DNA of 64,000 bases from an uncultured archaeon. Its GTDB lineage: Archaea; Thermoproteota; Bathyarchaeia; Bathyarchaeales; Bathycorpusculaceae. Every line of letters begins with the position of its first letter. Positions within the stretch are counted from its first letter, which is position 1. The DNA lies in contig CAWALK010000023.1 in the NCBI GenBank assembly GCA_963782915.1, positions 96,001 to 160,000 on the forward strand, in the 5' to 3' direction. Under the pieces are notes generated by a model. The model worked only from the letters and a program-made list of their open reading frames with translations, was not told where the DNA came from and made no database searches. Position numbers and translations under genes: made by a program. Below are positions 9,546 through 18,655 of the stretch, piece by piece.

Positions 9546-10289
9546 ATGCAATCGCCCTCATCCGAAATCGCAGGCAACCTGCAAGCCAAAATAATGATGT
9601 TACTGCGAGAAGAGCAACTCTGCGGCGTAGACCTAATGAAGCGGTTAAAAATCAAAAGCCCCGGCACAATCTACCCTGTACTCGAGGCACTTAGAACAAA
9701 AGGCTTAATCGACTTCAAAATTGAAACCTCAGGCGCAGTCCGTAAAAAAGTCTATTCTCTGACAGAGACTGGCACCCAAAAGATGCAAGACCATCTGACC
9801 AGTTCAATGAAATTTTGCTGCGACACCTCCGAGCATATCAACCGAATCCTCGGTATTGTGAAGGAACTTATAGAGATCAAACGCAAAGAAAAAGTACTCT
9901 CAACCTTAGACCATGACGAGTTGAAACGTTACCTCAAAGCAGCGGACGTAACCTATTCAAGTGATCTGCAGGTTCCGGCTGGAACATTCGATAAGGCGTT
10001 GAGCTTTTTGGGCGTTGGCTGCTTAATCGGCAACGAAACCTCAGACATCGCCAACTATGTAAAACAGCTCTACCTAAGCTTGAAGAGAGGCGGGGTTTTG
10101 TTGGCGATTGAAACCCAGAAAACAGATAACATGTTTAGCCAAATCCTCTTCGAAGACGTTTTTGGATTAAAAGAGCCACCTGGATTACCCCTTGACGAGT
10201 TAAGGGCTGTTTTGGAGAAAGCGGGGTTCACCAATGTATCGGTTACGGCGAATATGGGTCTGCTCTTTGCTGTAGCACAAAAACCTTAA
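9546..10289 (+). CDS. PadR-family regulator fused to a degenerate class I methyltransferase-like domain, with CC motif
   Basis: SPGTIYPVL..L...GLI..RKKVYSLTETG; FCCD linker; C-terminal LKRGGVLL..ELRAVLEKAGF typical of the SAM-MTase fold. Confidence 0.75.
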   Translation: MQSPSSEIAGNLQAKIMMLLREEQLCGVDLMKRLKIKSPGTIYPVLEALRTKGLIDFKIETSGAVRKKVYSLTETGTQKMQDHLTSSMKFCCDTSEHINRILGIVKELIEIKRKEKVLSTLDHDELKRYLKAADVTYSSDLQVPAGTFDKALSFLGVGCLIGNETSDIANYVKQLYLSLKRGGVLLAIETQKTDNMFSQILFEDVFGLKEPPGLPLDELRAVLEKAGFTNVSVTANMGLLFAVAQKP

Positions 10290-10315
10290 CACCCCTTTAG
10301 GTAGCAAAATCTGTT

Positions 10316-10361
10316 GGTTGTTGTTGTGTATATGAGGGTTCTTGCCAACAACTACTATAGA
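10316..10361 (+). repeat. Dispersed (GTT)n/(AAC)n hairpin element, copy 1
   Basis: GGTTGTTGTTGTGTATA..CAACAACTACTATAGA; matches 36456-36500 and 50556-50600. Confidence 0.8.
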
Positions 10362-10377
10362 CAAAGTAGTTCCCTGA

Positions 10378-10815
10378 CTAATGGGTTAGGTCTTTTTTTA
10401 CTTCTGAGAGCGTATATTTTTCTTCTTCCCTACCAGTGTAGGGAGCTTCTTCCATGTCACCAAGGAATGTATGGATAACAGCGAGCAATTCATCCATCTT
10501 AACTGGTTTCAAAATGAAAGCTTCTGCGCCGTAATCGCGTGCTTTAGCTCCGGCTTCCGCGGATGGGTAACCGGTTATTATGAATTTGATTGTCTGCTGC
10601 AATTCATTCTTAGCTTTAGAAAGCAGGTCGGTTCCTTTCATGTCCGGGAGAATAACATCGATTATGGCGAGGTCATAGTGGCTGCCCTTTAGTTTATCAA
10701 GGGCTTCCTTAGCGGTTTCTGCGGTGTCGGTTGCGTACCCGTTTTTTTCTAGGACACGGCTTAATGATCGGAGTATGGATTGGTCGTCATCCACAATAAG
10801 GATTGTTTTTTTCAA
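10378..10815 (-). CDS. Stand-alone response regulator receiver
   Basis: ILIVDDD, DLAIIDVILPD..G, IITG, KP. Confidence 0.9.
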   Translation of the reverse strand: MKKTILIVDDDQSILRSLSRVLEKNGYATDTAETAKEALDKLKGSHYDLAIIDVILPDMKGTDLLSKAKNELQQTIKFIITGYPSAEAGAKARDYGAEAFILKPVKMDELLAVIHTFLGDMEEAPYTGREEEKYTLSEVKKDLTH

Positions 10816-10953
10816 AAATCTTAGCCTTCCAAAAACCTAAGTTGTCCACCTTAAATTTGAGCGGATTACGCTTTAAAAGTTGTGTTTAACGCTTAAGCTA
10901 CAACAGGCGTATCAAAAAAAGAACTGAGTAAGGCCGGGGAAATAAAAAAGAAA

Positions 10954-11619
10954 TTACTCTCTGCTCGAGAGTACATAGATGTAGTCTGCGGTATCTGCGC
11001 ACATGTCCGCTGCGTTTTCAAGGAACTCGATTAGGTCATCAAAAATTATAATCGCGCCCTTATTCATGATTGCACCATACTTGACAAACAACTTCTTAGT
11101 AGCCAAATACTCGTTATCTATGGTGTGCTCGATTTCTTCAACCTTCTTAGCCTCATTAATGGCCTGAGTTGGATTAGATGAAATCTTCTCTACACTACTG
11201 CGCAGCACATTAACCATGTCGACCAATTTGCCAGTCATCAACAAAGCCTTAGCGCTCAATTCCACTGGAATCTCTACTTCCCAAAGCATCTCGAGGCATC
11301 TAGCCACATCTTTGGTATGATCTGCCAGGGTATCTGCCCGCTTAACTAGGTGCAATAGGTCTTCGCGGTAATCCGCTAGCAAAGCGGTTCCCGTCGATAA
11401 CTCCATGAAGACTTCTGTGCGAAGCTTATCAACCCCTGCTTCTGTCTCATAGAGGTTGTCGATGTACTTTTTTGCTTCTTTAAAATTCTTTTCAGAGAAA
11501 CTTTTTGTTGCTTTATTTAGCCAAGTTACCGTGTCAAAGGCTTTAGCTATTTCACTATGCGCTAAATCTAAGCCTTTTGTTTTGCGGCGCTGAACGAACC
11601 AGTCGTAACTCTTCTCCAT
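10954..11619 (-). CDS. DUF47/PhoU-like phosphate transport regulator
   Basis: Two repeats E..VD.LR / IEH.ID; D.LAD..KD; LENAAD. Confidence 0.8.
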   Translation of the reverse strand: MEKSYDWFVQRRKTKGLDLAHSEIAKAFDTVTWLNKATKSFSEKNFKEAKKYIDNLYETEAGVDKLRTEVFMELSTGTALLADYREDLLHLVKRADTLADHTKDVARCLEMLWEVEIPVELSAKALLMTGKLVDMVNVLRSSVEKISSNPTQAINEAKKVEEIEHTIDNEYLATKKLFVKYGAIMNKGAIIIFDDLIEFLENAADMCADTADYIYVLSSRE

Positions 11620-11786
11620 GTGGTTAGCTCCCTTCTACAGTATTGGGTTCTTGCTGTTATAACCCTTATCTTAGTAACCGCTGCCAAAAGAAAATAACAT
11701 AAAATAAAGACGGGATTTTAAAAAACATAAAAATCTGTGTTAGCCATATCCAAAAAGCGGAGTAGGCTAACAACCCTATTTCAGGT

Positions 11787-12407
11787 TTAAGCTGGAGCTG
11801 GAACGTATGCTTGCACGTTTGCTTCACGATAGTACATTGCTTGTGCTGTGTAGAGTGTGATTGATACTGTTAGGCCGATGTCGTTGATGGTGATTGAGTC
11901 CGGGTTGATGATGTAGAGTACCATGGTGTATCCTGATGGCAACACGAGGTCGTTTACTGCAAGGCTAAAGTCGTATTGTGTTGTTCCGAAGGTCATATGG
12001 TTGTTGTCATCTCGTGTGAATCCTGAGTGGAAGGGCAAATCGTTGGCGATTGGGTTAGTGGTAATGGTGTATAGGACGAATTTGGTGTTTGCTGCGTCAT
12101 TCCAGGGGCTTTCTTGACCTCGAACAGCTAGTTTGTCGATGACTATGTCTCGACCACCAGTGTTAATGACCATGAGTGAAGCGATAGAATAGTCTGCGTC
12201 GCCTGCTTGCGCGGCTGCGTTGTGCCAGAGGTGCTGCTTGGTTAGGTGTAAGCTTTCTTCTTGGACACGTGTGCTTACGACGTTGATGGCGAAGTAAGTT
12301 ACTACGCTTGCCAACAGTACTGAGATTACCAGTATGATGAGGGTTGTTACGACTGTGCTTAGAGCATACTTGTTTTTCATTAATCTACGGTAGCGATTGT
12401 AGATCAT
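11787..12407 (-). CDS. Archaeal type IV pilin/archaellin-like protein
   Basis: Class III signal peptide KNKYA/LSTVVTTLIILVISVLLA; INTGGRD. Confidence 0.75.
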   Translation of the reverse strand: MIYNRYRRLMKNKYALSTVVTTLIILVISVLLASVVTYFAINVVSTRVQEESLHLTKQHLWHNAAAQAGDADYSIASLMVINTGGRDIVIDKLAVRGQESPWNDAANTKFVLYTITTNPIANDLPFHSGFTRDDNNHMTFGTTQYDFSLAVNDLVLPSGYTMVLYIINPDSITINDIGLTVSITLYTAQAMYYREANVQAYVPAPA

Positions 12408-12657
12408 TTTGTTTCACTTCTTGTTATTGTTTCCTTTTTAGGGCGGAAAAGTATATAACTATTGTGTAGTAAGACTAAAGATACACGTTACACGTATGAA
12501 AAAACCCTGAAAAAAGCCCTGAACAACATAGCACCTGAAAAAAACACGACAGCAATAACTTAAATTCAACCCAAAAAACCCCAAATTCAGTAACCAAACA
12601 ACACACCAATCAGCAGCGGCACAAAACTAATATTGCTCAAAAAAGCATATTCCACTC

Positions 12658-12752
12658 AGTTCTTGGGGAGCTGGAAAATGATCCGGCTGAGAGGATGCCT
12701 ATGTGGCATCGACCCTGCGAACCTGAACCAGGTAATACTGGCGGAGGGAAAA
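12658..12752 (+). promoter_or_regulatory. TPP (THI-box) riboswitch
   Basis: GGGGAGC..GCTGAGA..GACCC..AACCTGAACCAGGTAATACTGGCGGAGGGAA consensus blocks directly upstream of thiT. Confidence 0.92.
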
Positions 12753-12758
12753 CAAGTA

Positions 12759-13340
12759 GTGAATACCACAAAAGAGAATGCCCTGAATAGTGAATTTAAA
12801 AACCCAAATTCCTTTAGAAACCCAAAAGTTTTAGCTGAAATGGCCATCTTCACCGCTTTAGCCACTGTCTTAAGCACAATTATAATATACATTATGCCAC
12901 AAGGCGGCTCAATCACACTTGCCTCAATGGTGCCTATTATTTGGCTGGCGCTAAGAAGAGGTCCAAAAGTCGGTATTGCCACTGGAATACTCTATGGCTT
13001 CATCCAATTTTTAATGATGCCCTACATTGCACCAGTGACAAACCCAATAGTAGCATTAATCCAAGTGCTACTCGACTACCCAATTGCGTTTGGAGTGTTG
13101 GGGTTAGCCGGCTACTTTTCCAAATACCCAGTTGTCGGAGCCGCAGTCGGAGTATCACTGCGTTTTGTGATGAGCTTCCTTTCGGGCGCATTCATCTGGG
13201 CGGGAATCTACGCTATAGGATTAGACCCCTACGTCTACTCAGCTGTGTACAATGGAAGTTATATGCTGCCTGAACTCATCATAACAGTATTCGTTATATT
13301 CCTGCTTCAGGCAAGTAAAACCTTGAAGGCATATCTCTAA
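12759..13340 (+). CDS. thiT: Thiamine ECF transporter S component ThiT (start GTG 12759 or ATG 12840)
   Basis: MPQGGSIT..M.PI, RRG...G, Q.LLDYP.AF, YS.VYNGSY; TPP riboswitch upstream. Confidence 0.88.
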   Translation: MNTTKENALNSEFKNPNSFRNPKVLAEMAIFTALATVLSTIIIYIMPQGGSITLASMVPIIWLALRRGPKVGIATGILYGFIQFLMMPYIAPVTNPIVALIQVLLDYPIAFGVLGLAGYFSKYPVVGAAVGVSLRFVMSFLSGAFIWAGIYAIGLDPYVYSAVYNGSYMLPELIITVFVIFLLQASKTLKAYL

Positions 13341-14341
13341 TGGGAAAACTCGCCGCAAAAGACCTCCAAGAAATGCTCAACTGCATACCGCCCGATCCGC
13401 GGGTGGTGGTGCCGCCAATGATTGGCTACGATGCCGGCGTGCATCGCTTAGGCGACCAATACGTGGTGGTGGCAGCTGACCCCTGCACAGGCGTTCCCGA
13501 AGAATGGTTCGGCTGGTTACTCATCAACTATGCCGCCTCAGACGTGGCATTATCGGGCGCTAAACCCCAATATTGCACGGTTACGCTGCTTGGGCCACGG
13601 CCAACCGAGTCTGCTGTTTTTCAGAAGTTAATGAAGCAAACTTGCATGGCCGCCGACGAATTAGGCATCGCCATAGTCCGGGGACACACCGGCATGTACG
13701 ATAGCGTAAAAGAGGTACTCGGCGTCTGCACAGTATATGGAACAGTGAAGCCGGAAAAGCTGATTACTTCCGGCGGTGCAAAACCCGGCGACAACATTTT
13801 CTGCACAAAACCCCTGGGCGCTGAAACGATTACCAACTATTCATTAACGCATCCTGCGGTGGCGCGCAAGCTTTTTGGCATGGAAAAACAGCGGGAGTTT
13901 GCCGGCCAAGTGAAGCTGCAAAGTTGCGTTAAAGAGGCGCTTTTATTGGCTGAGGTTGAGGGTGTGCATGCGATGCATGATGCAACAGAAGGCGGCTTCG
14001 TATCAGCCCTAAATGAATTGGCTGGTGCATCGAATGTCGGCATAACTGTGAATTGGGAAAAAATTCCTATTCCGCCTGAAAGTCAGGTATTACAGAGGCA
14101 TTTTGGGTTAAGCGACCCTCAGGTGCTGGCGATGTCTTCCACCGGCACCATCTTAGGAGCCGTTATACCCGAATCAAAAGACAAAATCGCTTCAGCCCTC
14201 CAAAAACTTGGATTAACCGCATCTTTTATCGGCGAATTCACAGAAAACAAAGAAAGAATACTTGTTAAGGGCGGCATCAAAACAGCGTTTCCCGCCGTCG
14301 CTGATGACCCCTACACAGCCATGATGGCTTTTACTTCCTAA
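13340..14341 (+). CDS. AIR synthase-related (PurM/ThiL/HypE superfamily) protein
   Basis: GYDAGV, ADP, NYAASDVA.SGA.P, GHT, AMHDATEGG; coupled to thiT. Confidence 0.8.
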   Translation: MGKLAAKDLQEMLNCIPPDPRVVVPPMIGYDAGVHRLGDQYVVVAADPCTGVPEEWFGWLLINYAASDVALSGAKPQYCTVTLLGPRPTESAVFQKLMKQTCMAADELGIAIVRGHTGMYDSVKEVLGVCTVYGTVKPEKLITSGGAKPGDNIFCTKPLGAETITNYSLTHPAVARKLFGMEKQREFAGQVKLQSCVKEALLLAEVEGVHAMHDATEGGFVSALNELAGASNVGITVNWEKIPIPPESQVLQRHFGLSDPQVLAMSSTGTILGAVIPESKDKIASALQKLGLTASFIGEFTENKERILVKGGIKTAFPAVADDPYTAMMAFTS

Positions 14342-15209
14342 GCTCTTTTAATACGAACTGTACGATTTCGTCAGCAATGCTAACTTTCGCAACTTGCTGC
14401 AATCCCTTCCAGCCGGGTTGACTATTAACGTCCACAATGCGTGGGCCCTCTGGTCCTTCAAGAATGTCTACGCCGGCAACTTTGCATCCTACAGCTTTCG
14501 CTGCTTTTATGGCTAAGTCTTTGAATTCGTCGCTGATTTCTGTTGCTGCGGGTTTGGCTCCTTGGCTATAGTTTGTTTTCCATCCTGTTGCAACGCGGCG
14601 CATGGATGCGATGACTTGGTCGCCTAGGACGAATGCGCGTATGTCGCTAAAACCGTGTTCGACGAATTCTTGCATGTAGATGACGCCGTGGTGGAATGTG
14701 ATGGCTTTGAAGATGGTGTCGGCTATGTCTACGTCGTTGACGCGGGTTGCGCCTTGTCCGCGTGATCCGAATATTGGTTTGACGACTATGTCGCCGCCGA
14801 GTTCATCAAACGCCTTTATGGCTTCGTTAACGCTCTCGGTAGCTAAGGTTCGTGGAACCGGAACGCCCACATCTTCGAGTAACGCGAGGATGTCATATTT
14901 GTCGACGCAGTGCTCAATCGCAGTGGGCGGGTTAACCATGTAGAAGCCTTTGCGCTCCAACTTGTAGAGCATGTCCATGCGGAAAACAAGCTCTTCGAGT
15001 GATCCGCGGCCGATGGGTCGGATGATGAGTGCGTCTAAATCGTCCATGATGCTTATGCCGTTAACTTTGAAGTAGGGTCTGTAAGCTAATCGGGCGACTA
15101 GTTTTGGAAAAGTGAAGCATTCATAGGGTATGCCTCGTTTGGTGAGTGCTTCTCGAACTTGAGAGCTGCTCCATGCTTCTGGGTTGCGTGTCATGATGCC
15201 GAATTTCAT
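14331..15209 (-). CDS. RimK-family ATP-grasp alpha-L-glutamate ligase (MptN/CofF-like)
   Basis: DK......L...GVPVPRT, VVKP.FGS.G.G, QEFV, DIRAFV, WKTN..QG, GVDIL, VNSQPG. Confidence 0.88.
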   Translation of the reverse strand: MKFGIMTRNPEAWSSSQVREALTKRGIPYECFTFPKLVARLAYRPYFKVNGISIMDDLDALIIRPIGRGSLEELVFRMDMLYKLERKGFYMVNPPTAIEHCVDKYDILALLEDVGVPVPRTLATESVNEAIKAFDELGGDIVVKPIFGSRGQGATRVNDVDIADTIFKAITFHHGVIYMQEFVEHGFSDIRAFVLGDQVIASMRRVATGWKTNYSQGAKPAATEISDEFKDLAIKAAKAVGCKVAGVDILEGPEGPRIVDVNSQPGWKGLQQVAKVSIADEIVQFVLKELRK

Positions 15210-15319
15210 GTGGGTCGGTCCTTGGGTGCTGTTTAGAACATGCGTAGGGTTTGTGCTCTTAAAGCTTCTGGGCAAAATGGAGTCTATGCGCTAAATAGAC
15301 CCGCATACAGCAAGACGCA

Positions 15320-15808
15320 TTAATTCATGTTTAGAGGGAAGAGACGTTCTTGCACGCGTTTGTTTCTGCCTATGATTTCGCCGACGAATGCGCCAGCGGT
15401 TAAACAGAGTGCTAAGCTGGTTACGACAAAGAATTCTTCTCCGAGTCCATTTGCTGCCTGCGCCATGACTCCACTTACGGTGAGTGCTGCCCAGATGCCA
15501 AAACCGATTACAGATATGCCTACAAAGAGGAAGGTCGCCCGCTTACTCAAAGATAAATTGGATGGGCTAACTCGAATAAAGCCAACAGCGCCAATCACTA
15601 CAGCGATTGTAACTGCCAGAAACGCTGTTTGAAGCAACCCTATGCCCATTACTACACCAAAAACCGCCGAAACAACAGCCAACAGGGCAGTCAGCACTAT
15701 CCAGTAGGATTTTCTAGTTGTTATGCCCGGAACTTCAGGCTCTTTACGCTTAAGCTTAACTTTCTGCTTCTGCTTGGTCTTGTATGGCTTAGGCATGAAC
15801 TGTACCAT
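15320..15808 (-). CDS. Hypothetical 4-TM membrane protein
   Basis: Basic N-terminus and four hydrophobic segments. Confidence 0.65.
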   Translation of the reverse strand: MVQFMPKPYKTKQKQKVKLKRKEPEVPGITTRKSYWIVLTALLAVVSAVFGVVMGIGLLQTAFLAVTIAVVIGAVGFIRVSPSNLSLSKRATFLFVGISVIGFGIWAALTVSGVMAQAANGLGEEFFVVTSLALCLTAGAFVGEIIGRNKRVQERLFPLNMN

Positions 15809-15999
15809 GCAAAACCAGCCCTTATTAACATTTCACCAATACTACCTCAACCCAGAATCTAAAACAAACACCAAACAAAATACTTGCAGATTCCAAGCAG
15901 ATGTCAAACCATCAAGTCTGCTGTGTGTATATTTTACAGCAAAACAATAAAGCTCTAAATTACACAAAAAAGGGAGAAGAAATTGAAGTTTCTTCTATT

Positions 16000-18444
16000 C
16001 TATGGCCGTTTTCTAAGCATTGTAACGATGACTGCACCAACGATTGCTATGGCAACGATGATTGCTGCGCCTACTGCTAAGACGTATGTGTCAGTCATTG
16101 GTTTCGCTGTATCTGCTATAGGTGTGGCTGAGGTTTGTGGTACTTCATCGACCTGTAATGCTGTTTCAGCAAATGAGCTACCGTATGAGTCGGAGCCTGC
16201 GTAGGAAGCGAGTATGGTGTATTTTCCGGGGATATCGGGTTGCCATGTGAAGCTGTATGCGCCTGTTAAGTCTGTGGTTGTTTCGCCTATGTTTCGGTAA
16301 TTGCCGTTTGAGTCGATAACATCTAATGTTACTTTTACGCCTGTTGCATTAGTTGGCATTGGTTGTTGCATGTATAGGTATTCCATCCAGTTGGTCATGC
16401 TTGTGTCAGATACTGCTGCTGCACCGTTTGCGCTTGGAGTTTTGTCGATTACTTTGCCTTCGATTAGTACACTGCTGCCAAATGTGGATACTTTGGGTGC
16501 TGTAGTTATGGTGCTTTGGCTTTCGCCTTTGCCAAAGCAGTAAACCAATCCATCATAGTAGTTGAACGAAACTGCGTATCCGTCAGCGATTACTGGGAAC
16601 AATCCCCAGAAGGATACATTCCATAAGCCTTGTCCGGTAACTGCGTCAATACAGTACATCTTTGAACCTCGATATAGCGGTGTAGAGGGTGAGTGTTCGT
16701 TGGTTACTGCGTAGATTTTGCCATCACAAATCGACATTGCGCTGTCTTTGAATACATAGTGACCATATACTGTTTCTAATCCACTGTTGTCTGTTGAGAA
16801 CTTCCACATTTCTTGGCCTGTGGTTATGTTGTAGGCATGTACTATTCCGTCGTAGCCTGCTGCGTATAGGATACCGTATGCAGATTGCCAATCAGCGTAT
16901 GGTTGATAGACACCCCATGCGTTCTCGTATGGTTCTGTTGGTCCCCAAGCGACTGCGCCTGTGCGGACGTTGAAGCCGTACCATTGCATAGTTTCTTTGA
17001 CGAATATCGGCAGAATGTTGCTGTCTATGAAGCCGTTGAGTATTGTGCCTTCGAATGTGCGGTTTACTGGTGACCACATGTTGTTTAGTGCGGTGGGGTA
17101 TTTTCCGTCTGAGCCCTTCTTGATAGTGTCAGTGCTGATATCGTATGCTACATCGCCTACTTTTGTTGTTCCGGGTGCGCCGTCAGTGTATGTTGCTCTT
17201 GCATAGATTACGCCGTCTTTGATTTTCAATAGGCTTTGTGTACCTGCCATGTCGGGTACTGTTACGTTCCATTCGTAGCCTTTATTGCCGTCTATCACGG
17301 GGCCTGTGGGTCTGTAGTACCAGTCACCGGTCATTGAGGTCTCTAGAACTTTGGAAGAGTTCCATAGTGTTAATCTGTTGGTTGCTCCTGCGAGGTTGTA
17401 GATTAGGATTTCACCGTTTTCTCCAAATACCATGGTTCCTGAGCTAACGTTTGCTATGTCGAGTAACCAGTCGCCTGTGAATGCGTCATACATTTTGTAG
17501 GTGCTTCCAGAAACGCTCCAGAGATGCGGGATGATGCCGTGTACGTTGGGTGTTTGCCAGTTAAGTAGTTGACCAAAAGTGACTGTGGTGCCGTTTTTGA
17601 ACCAGATTTCTTCACCTGTCTGTAGATCTACACAGTAGAGTCCCTGCCAGCCAGCTACGCCTGATCGTTGGTTATAGTAAAGTCTGCCGTCCATTATGAT
17701 TGGCGGTTGGAATTTGCGGTCGTAGGTTTCGCCTGGGAAGTAGTTGGTGTCTCCGGTTGCTTCTCCAACGATTCCTCCGAACGCTATCTCTTTAGTCCAC
17801 ATAACGTGGGGAGAGTTGGGTGCTGTGCCGTATGGGTTAAAGTTGCCGTTAACGTCGTAGCATCGTGGTCCATGTGGTCCTGCTGAGCCGCCTGCTAACC
17901 AGTTGCCAGCCAGTACGTTCCAGCCGTGGTTTGCAGCGTTTATCGGTCGTTCCCAGTAACCTTCAGGTAGCGGATTGTATGGTAATGCTTCGACTTGTTC
18001 TTCTTGTACGCTTAATTGGACTGTTGCGCTTTCGCTTGGTTTGTACCAGTTGACTGTGCCGCTTTGAGTGATGTTTTGTCCCGGGAAAGTGATTTTGAAG
18101 GTGTAGTTGCCTGTTTGTGTAGGTGTGTATTTTATGATGCCTGAGCCGGCTGCGTCGGATGGGTCTAGGTTTATGGTTTCTACTTTGCCGTCTGGTGCGG
18201 TGATTGTCATTTTCCAGTTTTGCCATCGGTCGCCTCGTGGTCCTGAGGCGGTTGGGGGTGCTTTGTCCATCCAGTAGACAACGTTTGCCGATTGCCCGAC
18301 ACCTATTGGGTCTGGCTGCGCTGTCAGAAACAGGTAGGTCGGATAGTTTGCTGCTTCAGTTGAGGGTATGTTAATTGCCAGTATTGAAAAAGTCATTGTC
18401 AAAATTATCGCTACTGTCATTATAATTTGTGGTTTCTTTTTCAT
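16000..18444 (-). CDS. Secreted PQQ-like beta-propeller protein with C-terminal membrane anchor
   Basis: Signal peptide, repeats such as CVDLQTGEEIW, AYNITTGQEMW, CIDAVTGQGLW; Ig-like segments; C-terminal TM + RKR. Confidence 0.85.
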   Translation of the reverse strand: MKKKPQIIMTVAIILTMTFSILAINIPSTEAANYPTYLFLTAQPDPIGVGQSANVVYWMDKAPPTASGPRGDRWQNWKMTITAPDGKVETINLDPSDAAGSGIIKYTPTQTGNYTFKITFPGQNITQSGTVNWYKPSESATVQLSVQEEQVEALPYNPLPEGYWERPINAANHGWNVLAGNWLAGGSAGPHGPRCYDVNGNFNPYGTAPNSPHVMWTKEIAFGGIVGEATGDTNYFPGETYDRKFQPPIIMDGRLYYNQRSGVAGWQGLYCVDLQTGEEIWFKNGTTVTFGQLLNWQTPNVHGIIPHLWSVSGSTYKMYDAFTGDWLLDIANVSSGTMVFGENGEILIYNLAGATNRLTLWNSSKVLETSMTGDWYYRPTGPVIDGNKGYEWNVTVPDMAGTQSLLKIKDGVIYARATYTDGAPGTTKVGDVAYDISTDTIKKGSDGKYPTALNNMWSPVNRTFEGTILNGFIDSNILPIFVKETMQWYGFNVRTGAVAWGPTEPYENAWGVYQPYADWQSAYGILYAAGYDGIVHAYNITTGQEMWKFSTDNSGLETVYGHYVFKDSAMSICDGKIYAVTNEHSPSTPLYRGSKMYCIDAVTGQGLWNVSFWGLFPVIADGYAVSFNYYDGLVYCFGKGESQSTITTAPKVSTFGSSVLIEGKVIDKTPSANGAAAVSDTSMTNWMEYLYMQQPMPTNATGVKVTLDVIDSNGNYRNIGETTTDLTGAYSFTWQPDIPGKYTILASYAGSDSYGSSFAETALQVDEVPQTSATPIADTAKPMTDTYVLAVGAAIIVAIAIVGAVIVTMLRKRP

Positions 18445-18655
18445 AGTATTCACAACTAAAGTTGATGGACTCTTTTTGACGCGAAGGAAATATAAAACTT
18501 TCCACATTATCGGTAAGTCGCTATACACCAAAAAAAGGCAACGCCAACGCCTCTAAAAAATTTTTCTACAAATTTCTTGATTAGTCGTTAAAACGATTAA
18601 AAAAACCCTGTTACCTATGGGTGAGGGGTTCACGCAAAAAACTGAACTATCAGTT

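Noticed and set aside
12633-12758. N-terminal extension of the thiT ORF
   Set aside because: It coincides with the TPP aptamer and is likely untranslated
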